The notes under the pieces were generated by a model. It was not told where the DNA came from. It saw only the letters and a program-made list of their open reading frames with translations, and searched no databases. DNA of 64,000 bases. Source: Rhodospirillales bacterium (lineage in GTDB: Bacteria > Pseudomonadota > Alphaproteobacteria > Bin95). The stretch covers positions 1,984,894 to 2,048,893 of the forward strand of contig JAYQLI010000035.1 of NCBI GenBank assembly GCA_038143065.1. The letters run 5' to 3'. Positions within the stretch are counted from its first letter, which is position 1, and each line of letters begins with the position of its first letter. Shown one piece after another: positions 42,024 through 54,921 of the stretch. Both the position numbers and the translations under genes were made by a program.

Positions 42024-43896
42024 CTACCCCTTAAGTAAGGTTGCTTTTGAAGTGTCTGCCTTATTCGATTTTCCTCCGTTCCAATTTGCAGATCTTCGCA
42101 TTTGGGCTTCCAGCAAAACGTCGCGGGCAACTGGAGCAGCTCCCAGTGAACCTGAACCACCATGTTCCAGGACGACTGAGCATGCATACTTTGGGTTTGT
42201 TAAAGGTGCGTATCCTACGAAGAGCGAATGATCTCGCTGCTCAAGCGGCAAATCCTCATTCCTGATCCCCCCAAGCCTACGCTCTTGTGCTGTTATCCTT
42301 CGCACTTGTGAGGTTCCGGTTTTCCCACCCATACGGTATGCTTTAACTGATATTTGGGAATTTCTTGCCGTGCCACTGGCGCTAGATGTAACAGCACGCA
42401 TCGCTCGCATTATTGCTTTAAGGTGTTCACTTGATACGTCTATCCTGGTTCCTTCAGGAGGAAATTCTTCTTCGCCCTTTTTGCGTAAAATTCTAGGCTT
42501 TACTGAAATACCTCCATTCACAAGCCGCGCCGTCATTACAGCTAGTTGAAGGGGTGTAGTTAACACAAACCCTTGGCCTATTCCTGCAATCAAAGTTTCT
42601 CCAATTTGCCAGGAAGCTTTAAGTTGGCGTCTTTTCCACTCTTTGGTTGGAATAAGCCCCCCTTTTCTGAAGGGGCATCAATTCCAGTTGGTTCGCCCAG
42701 GCCAAATCGGCGCGCCATCTCAGAAATCTTTTCAATCCCAACTTTACGAGCAATTTCATAGAAATAAACATCACAGGACTCAGCTATGGCCTCATGTAAT
42801 GCGACCCAGCCATGACCGCCTCGTTGCCAACAATGAAAACGGCCAGCGCCCAGTTCATGGACACCACTACAGAAGAATGCATTCTTTGGCGTTACTACTT
42901 TGGCTTCTAGAGCTGCCATAGCAACCAGCATTTTAAATGTTGAGCCAGGCGGATATTGGCCCGCTATAGCCCTATTATTTAGCGGGGCGGCGGGGTTCTT
43001 CAAAAGAGCTTGCCAAACATCCCCTTTCAGCCCTTGAACAAACACGTTTGGATCGAATGTGGGATTGGACGCCAAGGCCAACACATCCCCATTATGCACG
43101 TCCATTACTGTTACAGCTCCAGTGTCCTCACCGAGACGGTTTTGCACAAAGCGCTGTAATTCTGAGTCTATTGTTGAGACAAGAGTAGATCCACCAGCAC
43201 CTGGGTCTTTCTCCAGTTCTCTCACTACTCGACCAATGGCATTTACCTCGACTTTAGAGGTACCTGCTTTACCCCTGAGAGGTTGGTCATATGAGCGTTC
43301 CAAGCCAGACTTACCTATCTGAATGTTTGGAGTTTTTTAACTTCTTCGTTTGCTAGGTCTTCTTTGTTTGCTGGTCCAATGTACCCAATTGGATGTGCAG
43401 CGGCTTCTGCTATTGGGTATATTCGCTGGCTCGATTCTATTACATCAACCCCAGGCAGTTCAGGTATACGGGCAGAAATCCTTGCAACCTGCTCCCAATT
43501 AAGGTCTTCGTGGACCAAGATGGGTAGAAACTTTGCAGTGCGTTTAGATTGACGAATAATTCGAAGTCGCTGTTCGGGCTCTATCGGTACGATTTGACTG
43601 AGTTTAGAAAGCGCAGCGCCAATGTCTTCAATTGCTTCAGGTGTAATCAAGACTTGGTACGTACGCCGGTTAAGGGCTAGAGGGCGTCCAAAACGGTCCA
43701 AAATCAAACCGCGCTGAGGCGCTAAAAACTTAAAACTAATCCGATTGTTATCGGCTAGTGTGGAATAACGATCACCTTTCACTACCTGCAGCTGGTACAT
43801 GCGTGCCCCAAGACCGAGAAACAGCAAGCCTTTGGCCCCTCCAAGTAAAAGAGAGCGCCGAGTAAATCTCTGCCTGTCGTCCAACGGTGAACTCAA
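42024..43896 (-). CDS. mrdA: Penicillin-binding protein 2 (2 probable frameshifts near 43330 and 42640)
   Basis: RGLILDR, YPPGSTFK (SxxK), SCDVYFY, GIGQG, GKTGTSQV across three ORFs between mreD and rodA. Confidence 0.93.
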
Positions 43897-44420
43897 GTGC
43901 TTTTCACCCCAAACTTAAAAACAGCCAAAACGAATTCAATCGTAAACGCGATCAACGGGTATATAGCAACTGTAAGCGTAAACTCAGCCAAGGTAGGCAT
44001 CCAGGGCTGAAAGCTGAGGTTATATAAAGAGGCAATAATCCAACTTACAGGTGCTATAAAAAGAGATGTGACTACAACTCCAACCCAGGAATGTATCAGT
44101 CCACGTGACTTGAGAAATTGTCTTTGGGTTGCTGCTATCAGATGAACGAGTAGACATGTAAGCACACCAAGTCCAAAAATTGTTGCAGTCGTTAAGTCCA
44201 AGAATAGTCCCACCAGAAAACATGCTATCGGCGGCAGAGAATTTGCGTGGCGCAGGCTTAATTGAAAAACCATGCAGTGAGCTACAGCTGTTGGGGCTAG
44301 GGCTGAAATGGCGAAAGGCCATGGCGCAGTTGATATTAAAATTGAAAGCCAGATTACCCCAATAGAAGTTACAATTTTGAGCCATGGTATTTGCTGGTAC
44401 TGATCTTTGCGTTCAGCCAT
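43893..44420 (-). CDS. mreD: Rod shape-determining protein MreD
   Basis: Multi-TM protein with GLFLD motif, between mreC and mrdA. Confidence 0.85.
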   Translation of the reverse strand: MAERKDQYQQIPWLKIVTSIGVIWLSILISTAPWPFAISALAPTAVAHCMVFQLSLRHANSLPPIACFLVGLFLDLTTATIFGLGVLTCLLVHLIAATQRQFLKSRGLIHSWVGVVVTSLFIAPVSWIIASLYNLSFQPWMPTLAEFTLTVAIYPLIAFTIEFVLAVFKFGVKST

Positions 44421-45300
44421 TGTTTTTCTTGCCTGCTGGCTTGGCAGGCAATCCTTTTGCTCCAAGGTCAATAACCCGTACGAAGGTAATTCTGCGCCAA
44501 TCGACAAAAGTCTGGGCTAATATCTCCCCTTCTATTTCGCCAGCGACAACGCCAATAGGCAGGCCTTGAGGGTATATGCCTCCATGGCCTGATGTTGTTA
44601 TTAGGTCACCTGGTGACAAGTCAGTGTCGCTGGCTACAAATTTTATCGAAGGATTTTCCGTGTTGTTTCCCTCCAGAATTGCCCTTGTTGCCTTTTCTCC
44701 CACCAGAACGGGCACGTGAGAATTAATATCGGTTAATAGAAGGACTCGCGAAGACCTCTCCCCAGCACTTATCACCCTGCCAACAACGCCATCACCAGTC
44801 ATTACCGCTAGATCAGATCGCATGCCCTTATCTTCGCCTACGTTGATAAGAAGCACCCTTGCAAAGGTACTTCCAATCTCGGCAATAGCGCGTGCAGATA
44901 TAAATTTCGCGTCAGGACCTGGGTCAAACCTAAGTAGCGACTTTAATTCCTGATTCTCTGCTTCCAACTTTCTGGCAAAGACTTGCCACTGCAGCAGTCG
45001 AGTGTTTTCTTCTTTGAGCCGTTCATTTTCTTCAATGAGGTTGGCAAGGTCTACAATATGATTGGCAGCATTGCGAGCAAGCAGCACAGGTGCTGATAAA
45101 ACTTCTAGAATTGGGGCGCTAATATCTGAAGAGTTCGCGCGAATTTTATCAACTAAGACAGTTTCGATTTTACCAATGAATATGAGAGCAACTGCGCTAC
45201 CAACTAAAAATACATAAATTAGACGCTTAAAAGCGGGTTTAACGGGCTGAGACGATTCAACGAGTTCGTCTATCGGCGCTAATCCTGAGTCGCGCGCCAT
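44413..45300 (-). CDS. mreC: Rod shape-determining protein MreC
   Basis: TM plus coiled coil ENERLKEEN, GVVGRV, SRVLLLTD, TSGHGGIYPQGLPIG. Confidence 0.93.
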   Translation of the reverse strand: MARDSGLAPIDELVESSQPVKPAFKRLIYVFLVGSAVALIFIGKIETVLVDKIRANSSDISAPILEVLSAPVLLARNAANHIVDLANLIEENERLKEENTRLLQWQVFARKLEAENQELKSLLRFDPGPDAKFISARAIAEIGSTFARVLLINVGEDKGMRSDLAVMTGDGVVGRVISAGERSSRVLLLTDINSHVPVLVGEKATRAILEGNNTENPSIKFVASDTDLSPGDLITTSGHGGIYPQGLPIGVVAGEIEGEILAQTFVDWRRITFVRVIDLGAKGLPAKPAGKKNNG

Positions 45301-45336
45301 GTTTCCCTATTACACCCCCATTAACCAAATTTTCAA

Positions 45337-46412
<1,076 letters not shown>

Positions 46413-46628
46413 CTAAAGAATAAACGCGAGGGTTTTCTTGATAATCTTGGCAGAATGTTAACAAAAATGAGCCGATAGCAAAATTTTGAAGGTTTTTATG
46501 TAAAAATAACAAGTTCAGAAGATTGGGTTAATTGCGGCTAGTTTCGGATAACGGCCCAGTTTTCTGAACCTAAAAACAAATCAGCAAGGACAGTATAAAG
46601 TTTCGATTAGTTGAGAGGACCACACCTG

Positions 46629-47624
46629 ATGGAGAAGCTTGCAATTGCAATTTCTGGCGGCCCGCGCCCGTCCGAGATAGTGGAACTTTTAATTAAAGCA
46701 GAAAAATTAGGCTATGAATCTGGTTGGGTTGCAGAGGGTCACGGGGGTGATCAATTTGCAATTATTGCTTCGGCAGCTTCCAAAACTGAACATTTAAAAT
46801 TGGGCACAGCTATTTCGTCTATTTTTGTTAGAACGCCGCCTACAATAGCCATGGCAGCGGCAACACTGGATGACATTTCTGGTGGTCGTTTTATTTTAGG
46901 TTTGGGTTCCAGTCACAAGGTTCAAGTGGAGCCAGAGCATGGTGTTCCCTATGGGAAGCCAATCCTTAGAACTCGCGAGACCGCAGACTTTGTTACTCGC
47001 CTGATTGCTAATGGAGAAGCTGGGATAGAAGGAGAAACCATCTCAATAGATCGGTTTGACCTGTGGTTTGAACCTGTCCGCAAAAAGGTACCACTTTATT
47101 TAGCTGGTCTTTTCCCAAAAATGCTGGAGGTGGCTGGTGAAATAGCAGATGGAATTATTTTGACCCGAAGCACATTAAAAACAGCCTCAAGTGTTCGCGT
47201 TTCTATTGCCTCTGGTGCTTCTAAGGTTGGGCGAGATCCATCTAATATTGTTGTCACTTCGTTACTACCAACATCGATTTCTGAGAACAGAACAGCAGCA
47301 TTTGACGCTATGCGACCAGGGCTCGCCTTCTACCTTGGCTTTTTCCCTCGCTATAATCGATTGGTATCTGAACATGGTTTCGCTAGGGAAGCCGCGATGG
47401 TGGCAGAAGCGTGGATTTCTGGAGATGCTGAAGAGGCAGCGCGGCGTGTAACTGATGAGATGCTGGATTCTACAGGAATTGTTGGAACTCCTGCGGATGC
47501 GCGATCTAAAATTGCTGCTTATCGAGCTTCGGGTATCGACCTTCCTATTTTGAGTCCTTTTGCTCGTGGGCCAAAAGCTCATGAGACATTTCACTATGTT
47601 TTGGATGCATGCGCTGGGGCATGA
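46629..47624 (+). CDS. LLM class flavin-dependent oxidoreductase
   Basis: WVAEGH, LGTAI, SGGRFILGLG, AGEIADG. Confidence 0.88.
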   Translation: MEKLAIAISGGPRPSEIVELLIKAEKLGYESGWVAEGHGGDQFAIIASAASKTEHLKLGTAISSIFVRTPPTIAMAAATLDDISGGRFILGLGSSHKVQVEPEHGVPYGKPILRTRETADFVTRLIANGEAGIEGETISIDRFDLWFEPVRKKVPLYLAGLFPKMLEVAGEIADGIILTRSTLKTASSVRVSIASGASKVGRDPSNIVVTSLLPTSISENRTAAFDAMRPGLAFYLGFFPRYNRLVSEHGFAREAAMVAEAWISGDAEEAARRVTDEMLDSTGIVGTPADARSKIAAYRASGIDLPILSPFARGPKAHETFHYVLDACAGA

Positions 47625-47690
47625 CGCTTAAATTTCTGGTGGCACCTTGATTTATTTGCGGGTTTGAAAGGGAAACTATACAGCTTGTTG

Positions 47691-48850
47691 ATGCAACGCT
47701 TTGTATTCGCTCTGGTAATTTTAGCAATAGTACCGTCTTTAGCTCTTGCCGACGTGCTGGGAGTCCGCGCTGCCCCCAGAGGAGAGGGTTTACGGTTAGT
47801 AATTGACCTATCGGAACCCAGTAAATTTCGAGCCTTCGAGCTATCTGAACCTCCTCGTGTGGTGGTCGATCTCCCTAAGCTTGCTTGGCTTACAAATAAG
47901 TTGCCCGATAAAGTTCAGGGGCTAGCAGGTATTCGATATGGCCTTTTTCGCGCAGATGTGTACCGACTAGTTTTTGACCTTGAGCGAAGTGCGGCGATAT
48001 CTTCTGCCAACCTTATCTTAGGGCGGCAGGGCCAAGGCAAAAGGCTTGTAATTGATCTTGAATACGGGGCGAAGCTAAAGGGTCAGCAATTTGGCACCTT
48101 TTCTCCTCTTAAAACTCCCCAATACCACCAACAAAACCCAAAGAAGAATGGGTGGTTATGATAGACGCGGGCCACGGAGGGGTTGACCCAGGAACCATCG
48201 GAGCTGGAAAAGTTCGAGAGAAGCATGTGAATCTAGCTGTAGCTAAGAAGCTGAAGAAAATCCTTGATTCTAAGCCTGGTTATAATGCTAAGCTTACCCG
48301 TACTAAAGATGAGTTTCTGAGACTTCGTGAACGTGTTCGCATTGGCAGGGCTAGTAGAGCAGATCTTTTCATTTCAATCCATGCAGATGCCCACCCAGAC
48401 CCAAGTGTATCTGGCGCTTCAATTTATACCTTGTCAGAGAAGGGCTCTGACAAAGAGGCAGAGCGACTGGCAAAATCAGAAAACGCTGCGGACTTAATCG
48501 GCGGCGCTCCATTAGAAGAAGACAATCAAGAAGTCGCTAGCATTCTAATAGACCTGGCCCAACGCGAGACTAAAAACCAGTCTTTGGCAGTCGCAGACGA
48601 TATCTTATTTGCTCTAGCGCCAACCCAACCCCTGCTGCGCCGCCCAAAGCGGTCTGCTGGTTTTGCGGTCTTGAAGGCGCCAGATGTCCCATCTGTTCTA
48701 ATTGAACTTGGTTTTTTGACCAACAAAACAGATGCTCACCGTCTATCCCGCCAAAAAAACCAGGAAGCTATTGCTAATGCTATTGCTGCAGGGATTGTTC
48801 GCTATTTTGAAGGAGCGAATACGGCTCGGTCACGACAAAATCCAAAATGA
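47691..48850 (+). CDS. amiC: N-acetylmuramoyl-L-alanine amidase with AMIN domain (frameshift at C run 48117-48121)
   Basis: Signal peptide, RVVVDLP, RLVFDL; then IDAGHGGVDPG, FISIHAD, FAVLKAPDVPSVLIELGF. Confidence 0.9.
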
Positions 48851-49275
48851 TACAGCTCTGAAAAGCTGAGACCAATTAACAGAATTAGTTTTACTACTGA
48901 TAACACTGCGAACACAGGATGCGCCAAGGAGGCTTCCACTTGGCCACCGTCAGCGAGAACAGAAGCTCTTTCAGAAAGAACAGGATGCAACCAAAGCTCT
49001 TGCAAAATAAAGATTACAGCGATCACGCCAGTGACCAAGGTTCGCTTTGGAGGAAATTTCAGCGCTAAGACACCCAGCAAAATTAATCCCAGGAAACCCC
49101 ACTCTATTACCGCTACTCTTTCAAAAACTCTGGCCGCTGCGGAATACGCAAATGACTTTTCGGCTGATGGAACGTCAAAAATGGCAAGAATGGATAAAAT
49201 TCCACCTCCGAAAATCAATCCAGCCCAAAGGCTTGGAACTAAATTCATGAAGACGTGGGCCGCTCGTTTTTTCAA
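48802..49275 (-). CDS. DUF4149-like membrane protein
   Basis: Four hydrophobic segments and HP motifs; directly downstream of the PqiA-like gene. Confidence 0.6.
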   Translation of the reverse strand: MKKRAAHVFMNLVPSLWAGLIFGGGILSILAIFDVPSAEKSFAYSAAARVFERVAVIEWGFLGLILLGVLALKFPPKRTLVTGVIAVIFILQELWLHPVLSERASVLADGGQVEASLAHPVFAVLSVVKLILLIGLSFSELYHFGFCRDRAVFAPSK

Positions 49276-49276
49276 A

Positions 49277-49735
49277 TTAAATGTCCATATGTCGCTTGCT
49301 TAAGCTAGCTAGAGCAACCGTCGAGGTTATTGCGGCAGCAGTAAAGCACCATGCCCCTATGCCCACACGAGCGTCTGCCACGATGCTCGATTTTGCTGTC
49401 ATTACGACTAAAGCAATCACAAATACGTCTAACATCGACCATTTTGACACTGAATTTGCTGCCCGCAGGACAGATTTTGCTTTTTTAGGCTGCACCCACG
49501 CGAAAATCCCAATCATAACCTTGCACGCAGGAAACAGGACAGCGAAAGCTCCGATAATTAAAATCAGAAGCCATTCACCGTCCTGAAAAAAGGTAACAAG
49601 GCCTCCGTATATCGAGTGCTTTGTCTCAAAAACCCAAAAACTCGTGACAGAGAGGATTGGAAGAACCCAGCCTGCTATTAACAGTGGTCCCGACAAGAGG
49701 AGGGCCCAAGGAGCTGCAGAAGACCAGAGTCTCAT
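49277..49735 (-). CDS. Paraquat-inducible protein A (PqiA) single-domain membrane protein
   Basis: FAVLFPACK, KWSMLDVFVIAL. Confidence 0.85.
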   Translation of the reverse strand: MRLWSSAAPWALLLSGPLLIAGWVLPILSVTSFWVFETKHSIYGGLVTFFQDGEWLLILIIGAFAVLFPACKVMIGIFAWVQPKKAKSVLRAANSVSKWSMLDVFVIALVVMTAKSSIVADARVGIGAWCFTAAAITSTVALASLSKRHMDI

Positions 49736-49737
49736 TG

Positions 49738-52023
49738 TTAAATAGACCTTCTAACCTTTTTGTGGATTTGATCCTTGGTCTTAATCTCAAACAATTGTTG
49801 TCCAGCAACAGGCACTAATGCAGCAAGCGCGATCCAATTTGAGCCATCGCTAGGGGCGACCATCATAATTGCTCCGAAGGCCAAGATTATTCGCCATCCG
49901 ATGCCCAGGGGCGCGGCTAAATACCCTGTGAGTGCGGCTCCAAGCAAAATGATGCCGGCTGCGCAAGATATAACGACACTAAGATACTCGACTAAATCGA
50001 AATCATCGATGACGATCAGCATCGTTGGCGCGTATACAAAGACAAACGGGACCATCACTTTAGCATTTCCAAGTCGAAAGGCTGTTGTGCCTGTCTTGAA
50101 AGGATTGGCGCCGGCAATTCCACCTGCAGCATAAGCTGAGACGCAAACCGGTGGAGTCAGGTCAGCAAGAACTCCGTAATAAAGAACAAAGAGATGCGCT
50201 GCTAACGGTGGTACACCTAAATTCCCAAGAGCAGGCGTCGCAATCGCCTGAAGCATTATGTATAGGGCTGTTGTGGGAAGGCCTGCTCCCATCAAAACAC
50301 AAGAAATGGCAATAAATAGCAAAGATATAAATAGGGTGGCTGAATCAACTGAGAAAAGTGCAGGCCTGTCAGTGCTGTTTCCAATTAGGTCGGCCGGTAG
50401 AGAAGCCGTAAGTGCTGACAATGCATCAACAGTCTCGAGTGCTCCCTGGGTCACCATGAAACCAAGTCGGAAAGTAACTCCCGTCAATGTTATGACACCA
50501 ACAACAATTCCAACGGCGGCCCCTGCTGCCCCCACAGCAAGGGCATATTTAGATCCCATTGCGAACGCGGCCGTTAAGCTCTGTCTGTCTAGGCGTTGTT
50601 TCCATCGGGTGAATCCGATTGTGAGGGCTGCCGCGAAAAGCCCAAATGTCACGGGGTCAAACTTTAGAACTACTATGTCAAGAACTGTTGCTAAGCACGC
50701 CAGTATTCCCGCTCCTGCAGCAAATAACGGCCAGCCAATAGCTAAGGCACTAGAAATTCCCCAGAACGCAGCCAGGTAAGGGGTATATCCAGAAAAAAGG
50801 ACATAAATAAGAATTATGAGAGGCACGGTGGTGTGCCAGCCACGCTTCATGACATCCTTGAAACGAGGCACCTCGTCTGCAGGTAACCCTTTAAGGCCAA
50901 GCCTTTTGGCTTCAAAGTGAACCATCGCTAACACGGCTATATAGTGCATAGCCGCTGGCGTCGCGGCCGCTAAAATTATGGTCGTGTATTGAATTTCTAA
51001 GAATTCCACCATCAGGAAGGCAGCGGCACCCATTATCGGTGGGGTAATCTGGCCTCCTGTAGAGGATGCAGCTTCCACGGCTCCCGCAAAATGACCGGGA
51101 TAACCAACGCGCTTCATCGCAGGAATGGTTAATGAGCCCGTGGTTACTGTGTTGGCAATTGAAGATCCTGAAATAGTACCGAAGAGGGATGAAGAAATGA
51201 CCGATACTTTGGCGGGGCCGCCTGATAGCCGGCCTGCTACTACCTGCGCCAACTCAATAAAGAATTGTCCCAATCCCATTCTTTGGGCAACAACTCCAAA
51301 TAGGACAAAATGGAAGACGATCGAGGAAATTACTTTTACTGGAACACCGTATAGCCCCTCGGTGGTAAGGTATAAGTGGTTCACGAGATCGCTCCAGGAG
51401 GCTGGAGGGATTAAAAGAACCTGAATTGGAGAAAGATAACCAAATAATGCATACAGAATGAAACATATCACAACAATTGGTAGCACCGTACCCATCGCAC
51501 GCCGCACGGCTTCAAGGGATATTAAAATTAATATAGTACCAAAGATGATGTCAGTTTGGTTCGGCGACCCAATCCGAAAATTCATTTCTTGCATTGGAAT
51601 TGGCCAGGATAGCCCTGTAAACGTAACCGGAACGTAAAGAGCAGAAATCAAGGCAAGAATAGCGAATACCCAGTCCCAAATGGGCACTCCACCTAATAAA
51701 ACCTTCGTATTTTTTTGTGATTTACGGCTAGATGAACGCCTAAGTTCAAAACACAGAAAAATTAATCCGAGAACGGCAGCTAGATGAATACCCTTATGCC
51801 ATTGTTCTCTGGGAATTCCAAAGCCGGCCGTGTAAAAGTGATAAACACCAAGTCCAACCAGTGCCCAAGTTATTGCTCGCTGAAGCCATGGAGCAACGGG
51901 CCTAAAATTCATTTCTGGATCGTACTGTGATTCCAGTTCTTCAAGACGTTTCTCGTCAGGGAGTTCAGCGTTAGGATCCCTGAACTGACTGCCACTCGGT
52001 ATTTCTTTTTTCTCGGTAACCAT
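49738..52023 (-). CDS. TRAP transporter fused (4TM/12TM) permease, TAXI-associated
   Basis: GGPAKVSV, GTISGSSIAN, EAASSTGGQITPPIMGAAAF, LGVPPLAAHLFV, DLTPPV. Confidence 0.93.
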   Translation of the reverse strand: MVTEKKEIPSGSQFRDPNAELPDEKRLEELESQYDPEMNFRPVAPWLQRAITWALVGLGVYHFYTAGFGIPREQWHKGIHLAAVLGLIFLCFELRRSSSRKSQKNTKVLLGGVPIWDWVFAILALISALYVPVTFTGLSWPIPMQEMNFRIGSPNQTDIIFGTILILISLEAVRRAMGTVLPIVVICFILYALFGYLSPIQVLLIPPASWSDLVNHLYLTTEGLYGVPVKVISSIVFHFVLFGVVAQRMGLGQFFIELAQVVAGRLSGGPAKVSVISSSLFGTISGSSIANTVTTGSLTIPAMKRVGYPGHFAGAVEAASSTGGQITPPIMGAAAFLMVEFLEIQYTTIILAAATPAAMHYIAVLAMVHFEAKRLGLKGLPADEVPRFKDVMKRGWHTTVPLIILIYVLFSGYTPYLAAFWGISSALAIGWPLFAAGAGILACLATVLDIVVLKFDPVTFGLFAAALTIGFTRWKQRLDRQSLTAAFAMGSKYALAVGAAGAAVGIVVGVITLTGVTFRLGFMVTQGALETVDALSALTASLPADLIGNSTDRPALFSVDSATLFISLLFIAISCVLMGAGLPTTALYIMLQAIATPALGNLGVPPLAAHLFVLYYGVLADLTPPVCVSAYAAGGIAGANPFKTGTTAFRLGNAKVMVPFVFVYAPTMLIVIDDFDLVEYLSVVISCAAGIILLGAALTGYLAAPLGIGWRIILAFGAIMMVAPSDGSNWIALAALVPVAGQQLFEIKTKDQIHKKVRRSI

Positions 52024-52044
52024 TAGTTCAAAACTGCAAATCTC

Positions 52045-52082
52045 AAAGAAAGGCCCGGCCAATACTTAGATTTGGCCGGGCC
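52045..52082 (-). terminator. Intrinsic terminator-like hairpin between the TAXI receptor and permease genes
   Basis: 11-bp inverted repeat GGCCCGGCCAA / TTGGCCGGGCC followed on the minus strand by TTTCTTT. Confidence 0.7.
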
Positions 52083-52106
52083 ATCAATTCGTTAGATAGG
52101 ATCTAA

Positions 52107-53111
52107 CTATTTCAAAAGTCCTACTTCTTTATAGAACTGCTCGGCGCCTGGATGCAGAGGAATTCCGATAGCGTCGAGTGCAGAAGACGTTTGTACGTCT
52201 TTACCTTTAGCATGACCTCTGTCGAGCAGCTTCCGGGTATTTTTGTTCCAAAGAGCTTTAGTGATGCCGTAAACAAGCTCTTCTGATTGATCGGCAGAAA
52301 CTAGCCATTGGGCCGCAACAGCTAACGTTGCTGTATCCGTGGAGACTCCCTCATAAGCGGATGCAGGAATCGGAGATCCAAAGTAGAACGGCGCTTTTTT
52401 GATGACAATTTCTTGGATTGGTTTAGGGATCGACATCAGCTGCAAACCTGCAGTCGAAGCGAGTTGCGCTATGCCTGATGAAGGAGCACCCGTAACAGTT
52501 AAAAATGCATCTAATTGTCCGTCAGCAAGTCGTTCGGCAGATTGAGAAGTATTCAACTCTTCTGCAGTGAAATCTTTATTTTTCTCTAACCCGGCAGCGT
52601 TAAGAATGAGAAGCGCCCCCACCTGTGCACCAGAAGCGGGAAGCCCAACGCCAATCCGCTTACCTTTCATATCTGAAAAGGTTTTTAGATTTGATTTTTT
52701 AGGAAGTACCACATGAATGTGCTCAGGGTATAGCGTGGCTATGGCCCTTAATTTAGTCAGAGGTGCCTTGCCTTCAAAAACACCTGTGCCTGTATAAGCC
52801 CAATATGCAACGTCTGATTGTGCCAGACCGCTCTCGGCGGCGCCTGACTGGATAGCATTAACGTTTGCGACAGACCCATTTGCTGACTGGCCAATTGCAA
52901 TCAAGCCAGGTACGCCGCATGAACCGCCTTTATCGCAGGGGCGTGAACCTGGTGGATTTGAAATAGCATTTGCGAGCAAACCCGCCATTGGTAAATAATT
53001 GCCGCCAGCGCTACCGGACACAATCCTAAAGAAGCTCGGTGTTTGTGCACTTACAGCACTCGTCGCTAGTAGGGCACCTGCTGCTAAAGCCGCAGTAATA
53101 AACTTTCGCAT
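52107..53111 (-). CDS. TAXI family TRAP solute-binding protein
   Basis: Signal peptide MRKFITAALAAG, GSAGGNY, GSVANV, AQSD, LYPEHIH, IPLHPGA. Confidence 0.93.
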   Translation of the reverse strand: MRKFITAALAAGALLATSAVSAQTPSFFRIVSGSAGGNYLPMAGLLANAISNPPGSRPCDKGGSCGVPGLIAIGQSANGSVANVNAIQSGAAESGLAQSDVAYWAYTGTGVFEGKAPLTKLRAIATLYPEHIHVVLPKKSNLKTFSDMKGKRIGVGLPASGAQVGALLILNAAGLEKNKDFTAEELNTSQSAERLADGQLDAFLTVTGAPSSGIAQLASTAGLQLMSIPKPIQEIVIKKAPFYFGSPIPASAYEGVSTDTATLAVAAQWLVSADQSEELVYGITKALWNKNTRKLLDRGHAKGKDVQTSSALDAIGIPLHPGAEQFYKEVGLLK

Positions 53112-53285
53112 TGATTTATCAGCCTCGCATTTTTCTAATAAAAAGGAGAAAATAGTATTTAGGTTTTTAAAACTAAATACAAATGTAAATCCGGATGCCT
53201 TTGTTGGTGATATTTTTATGACTAATTGAGCTAAGCAAAAACGCAACCAAAGCCAGCGTTTTAAAATGCTTAAAGAGGAAGATGC

Positions 53286-53987
53286 ATGCTCAATACTGAA
53301 GTGAAAACCGAAGTAGGTTCTATGGGGGCGTATATTGCTATGCCCAAAAACGCTGGTCCTGCACCAGCAGTGGTCATCCTGATGGAAGTCTTTGGTGTTA
53401 ATAGATTCATTCGCCGCATTGCTGATTTTTGGGCACAACAAGGCTTAATTGCATTAGCACCAGATTTATATTGGAGACTGAGGCCTTGCATTGAGTTAGA
53501 CCCAGAAACGGATGGACATAGAGAGGAGGCTTTGGCTACTCGTGGTCAGATGGATACTGGCGCCGCTGTCCTCGATGTTGAGGCTTGCGTCCAACATCTC
53601 CGCAAGATGCAAGCCTGTACGGGTAAGGTTGGTACGTCAGGATACTGCCTTGGTGGTTTGCTTGCATACTTGTCAGGGATCCGTGGCACTGCAGATGCGA
53701 ATGTGAGTTATTATGGTGTGGGTATTGAAGCTTATTTAAAGGAAGCTGAAAAACTTCAGTCACCATTTTTATTTCATGTTGGTGAGACAGATGCATGGAC
53801 ACCACTTCCAGTGCGGCGCGCTCTCGACGCAGCACTTCTTCCGCTAAACGATGTAACCTCACACACATACGAGGGAACGGGCCATGCTTTCGCGCGAGAA
53901 GGGGCTAGTGCGGATGTGCCAGAGATGCGCGAACGCGCGAATGCCAGGACAAAAGCTTTCTTTCAGCGAACGCTTGGGCTCCAGTGA
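53286..53987 (+). CDS. Dienelactone hydrolase family protein
   Basis: MEVFGVN, APDLYWR, GYCLGG, GHAFAR. Confidence 0.9.
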   Translation: MLNTEVKTEVGSMGAYIAMPKNAGPAPAVVILMEVFGVNRFIRRIADFWAQQGLIALAPDLYWRLRPCIELDPETDGHREEALATRGQMDTGAAVLDVEACVQHLRKMQACTGKVGTSGYCLGGLLAYLSGIRGTADANVSYYGVGIEAYLKEAEKLQSPFLFHVGETDAWTPLPVRRALDAALLPLNDVTSHTYEGTGHAFAREGASADVPEMRERANARTKAFFQRTLGLQ

Positions 53988-54063
53988 CGCGTTGACAGGC
54001 TCGGTCGCTCTCCGCCATTGTCCGACAAGTTTTGATTTTATTTTCCAGGGAGCTTTTGGTTCT

Positions 54064-54921
54064 ATGTCGACCGCTGAACTCGCCAATACAATTGAAGAGG
54101 CTTGGAATAACCGAGAGGAAATTTCCAGCAGCACCAAAGGTCCAATCCGGGATGCCGTTGAGGCAGCTCTAGACGCCTTCTATAGCGGACAAGGCCGCGT
54201 GTCGGAAAAAAAACAAGGCGAGTGGATAGTCAATGAGTGGTGCAAGAAAGCAGTGCTTTTATCCTTCCGTCTTTACGATAGTGCTCCAATGGCTGGAGGC
54301 GCTGTGGATCCTACTTTCGGGCGATCTGCTTGGTTTGATAAGGTCCCACTGAAGACTTCCGGATGGGGTAAGCGCGAGTTTGATGCTGCTGGTTTTCGAG
54401 CAGTACCCGGCGCCGTTGTTCGGCGGTCCGCATACATTGCAAAAGGCGCAGTCTTGATGCCTAGCTTTGTAAATCTTGGGGCTTATGTTGGTGAAAACAC
54501 AATGGTCGATACCTGGGCGACTGTTGGCTCATGCGCCCAGATTGGCTCAAATTGCCATCTTTCTGGAGGTGTAGGCATCGGTGGTGTTCTAGAGCCCATG
54601 CAGGCAACTCCTGTGATCATTGAAGATAACTGCTTTATAGGTGCTCGTTCCGAAGTTGCTGAAGGCGTGATTGTGGAAGAGGGAGCTGTATTATCCATGG
54701 GTGTATTTGTTGGTGCATCCACTAAGATAATTGATCGACACACTGGCGAAGTGCACGTCGGTCGGGTCCCCGCTTATTCAGTCGTTGTTCCTGGCACTTT
54801 GCCGGGTCACGACCTGCCAACAGGTGGTCCAGGGCCTTCAACTTATTGTGCTGTTATAATGAAGACAGTCGATGAAGGCACTAGAGCCAAGACCTCCATT
54901 AATGACCTGTTGCGCGATTAA
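54064..54921 (+). CDS. dapD: Tetrahydrodipicolinate N-succinyltransferase
   Basis: [45 protein letters not shown]. Confidence 0.97.
   Translation: MSTAELANTIEEAWNNREEISSSTKGPIRDAVEAALDAFYSGQGRVSEKKQGEWIVNEWCKKAVLLSFRLYDSAPMAGGAVDPTFGRSAWFDKVPLKTSGWGKREFDAAGFRAVPGAVVRRSAYIAKGAVLMPSFVNLGAYVGENTMVDTWATVGSCAQIGSNCHLSGGVGIGGVLEPMQATPVIIEDNCFIGARSEVAEGVIVEEGAVLSMGVFVGASTKIIDRHTGEVHVGRVPAYSVVVPGTLPGHDLPTGGPGPSTYCAVIMKTVDEGTRAKTSINDLLRD

Noticed and set aside
52107-54063. Long N-terminal extensions of the TAXI protein (from 53441) and DapD (from 53884) in the ORF track
   Set aside because: They overlap the dienelactone hydrolase gene. The family N-termini begin at 53111 and 54064.
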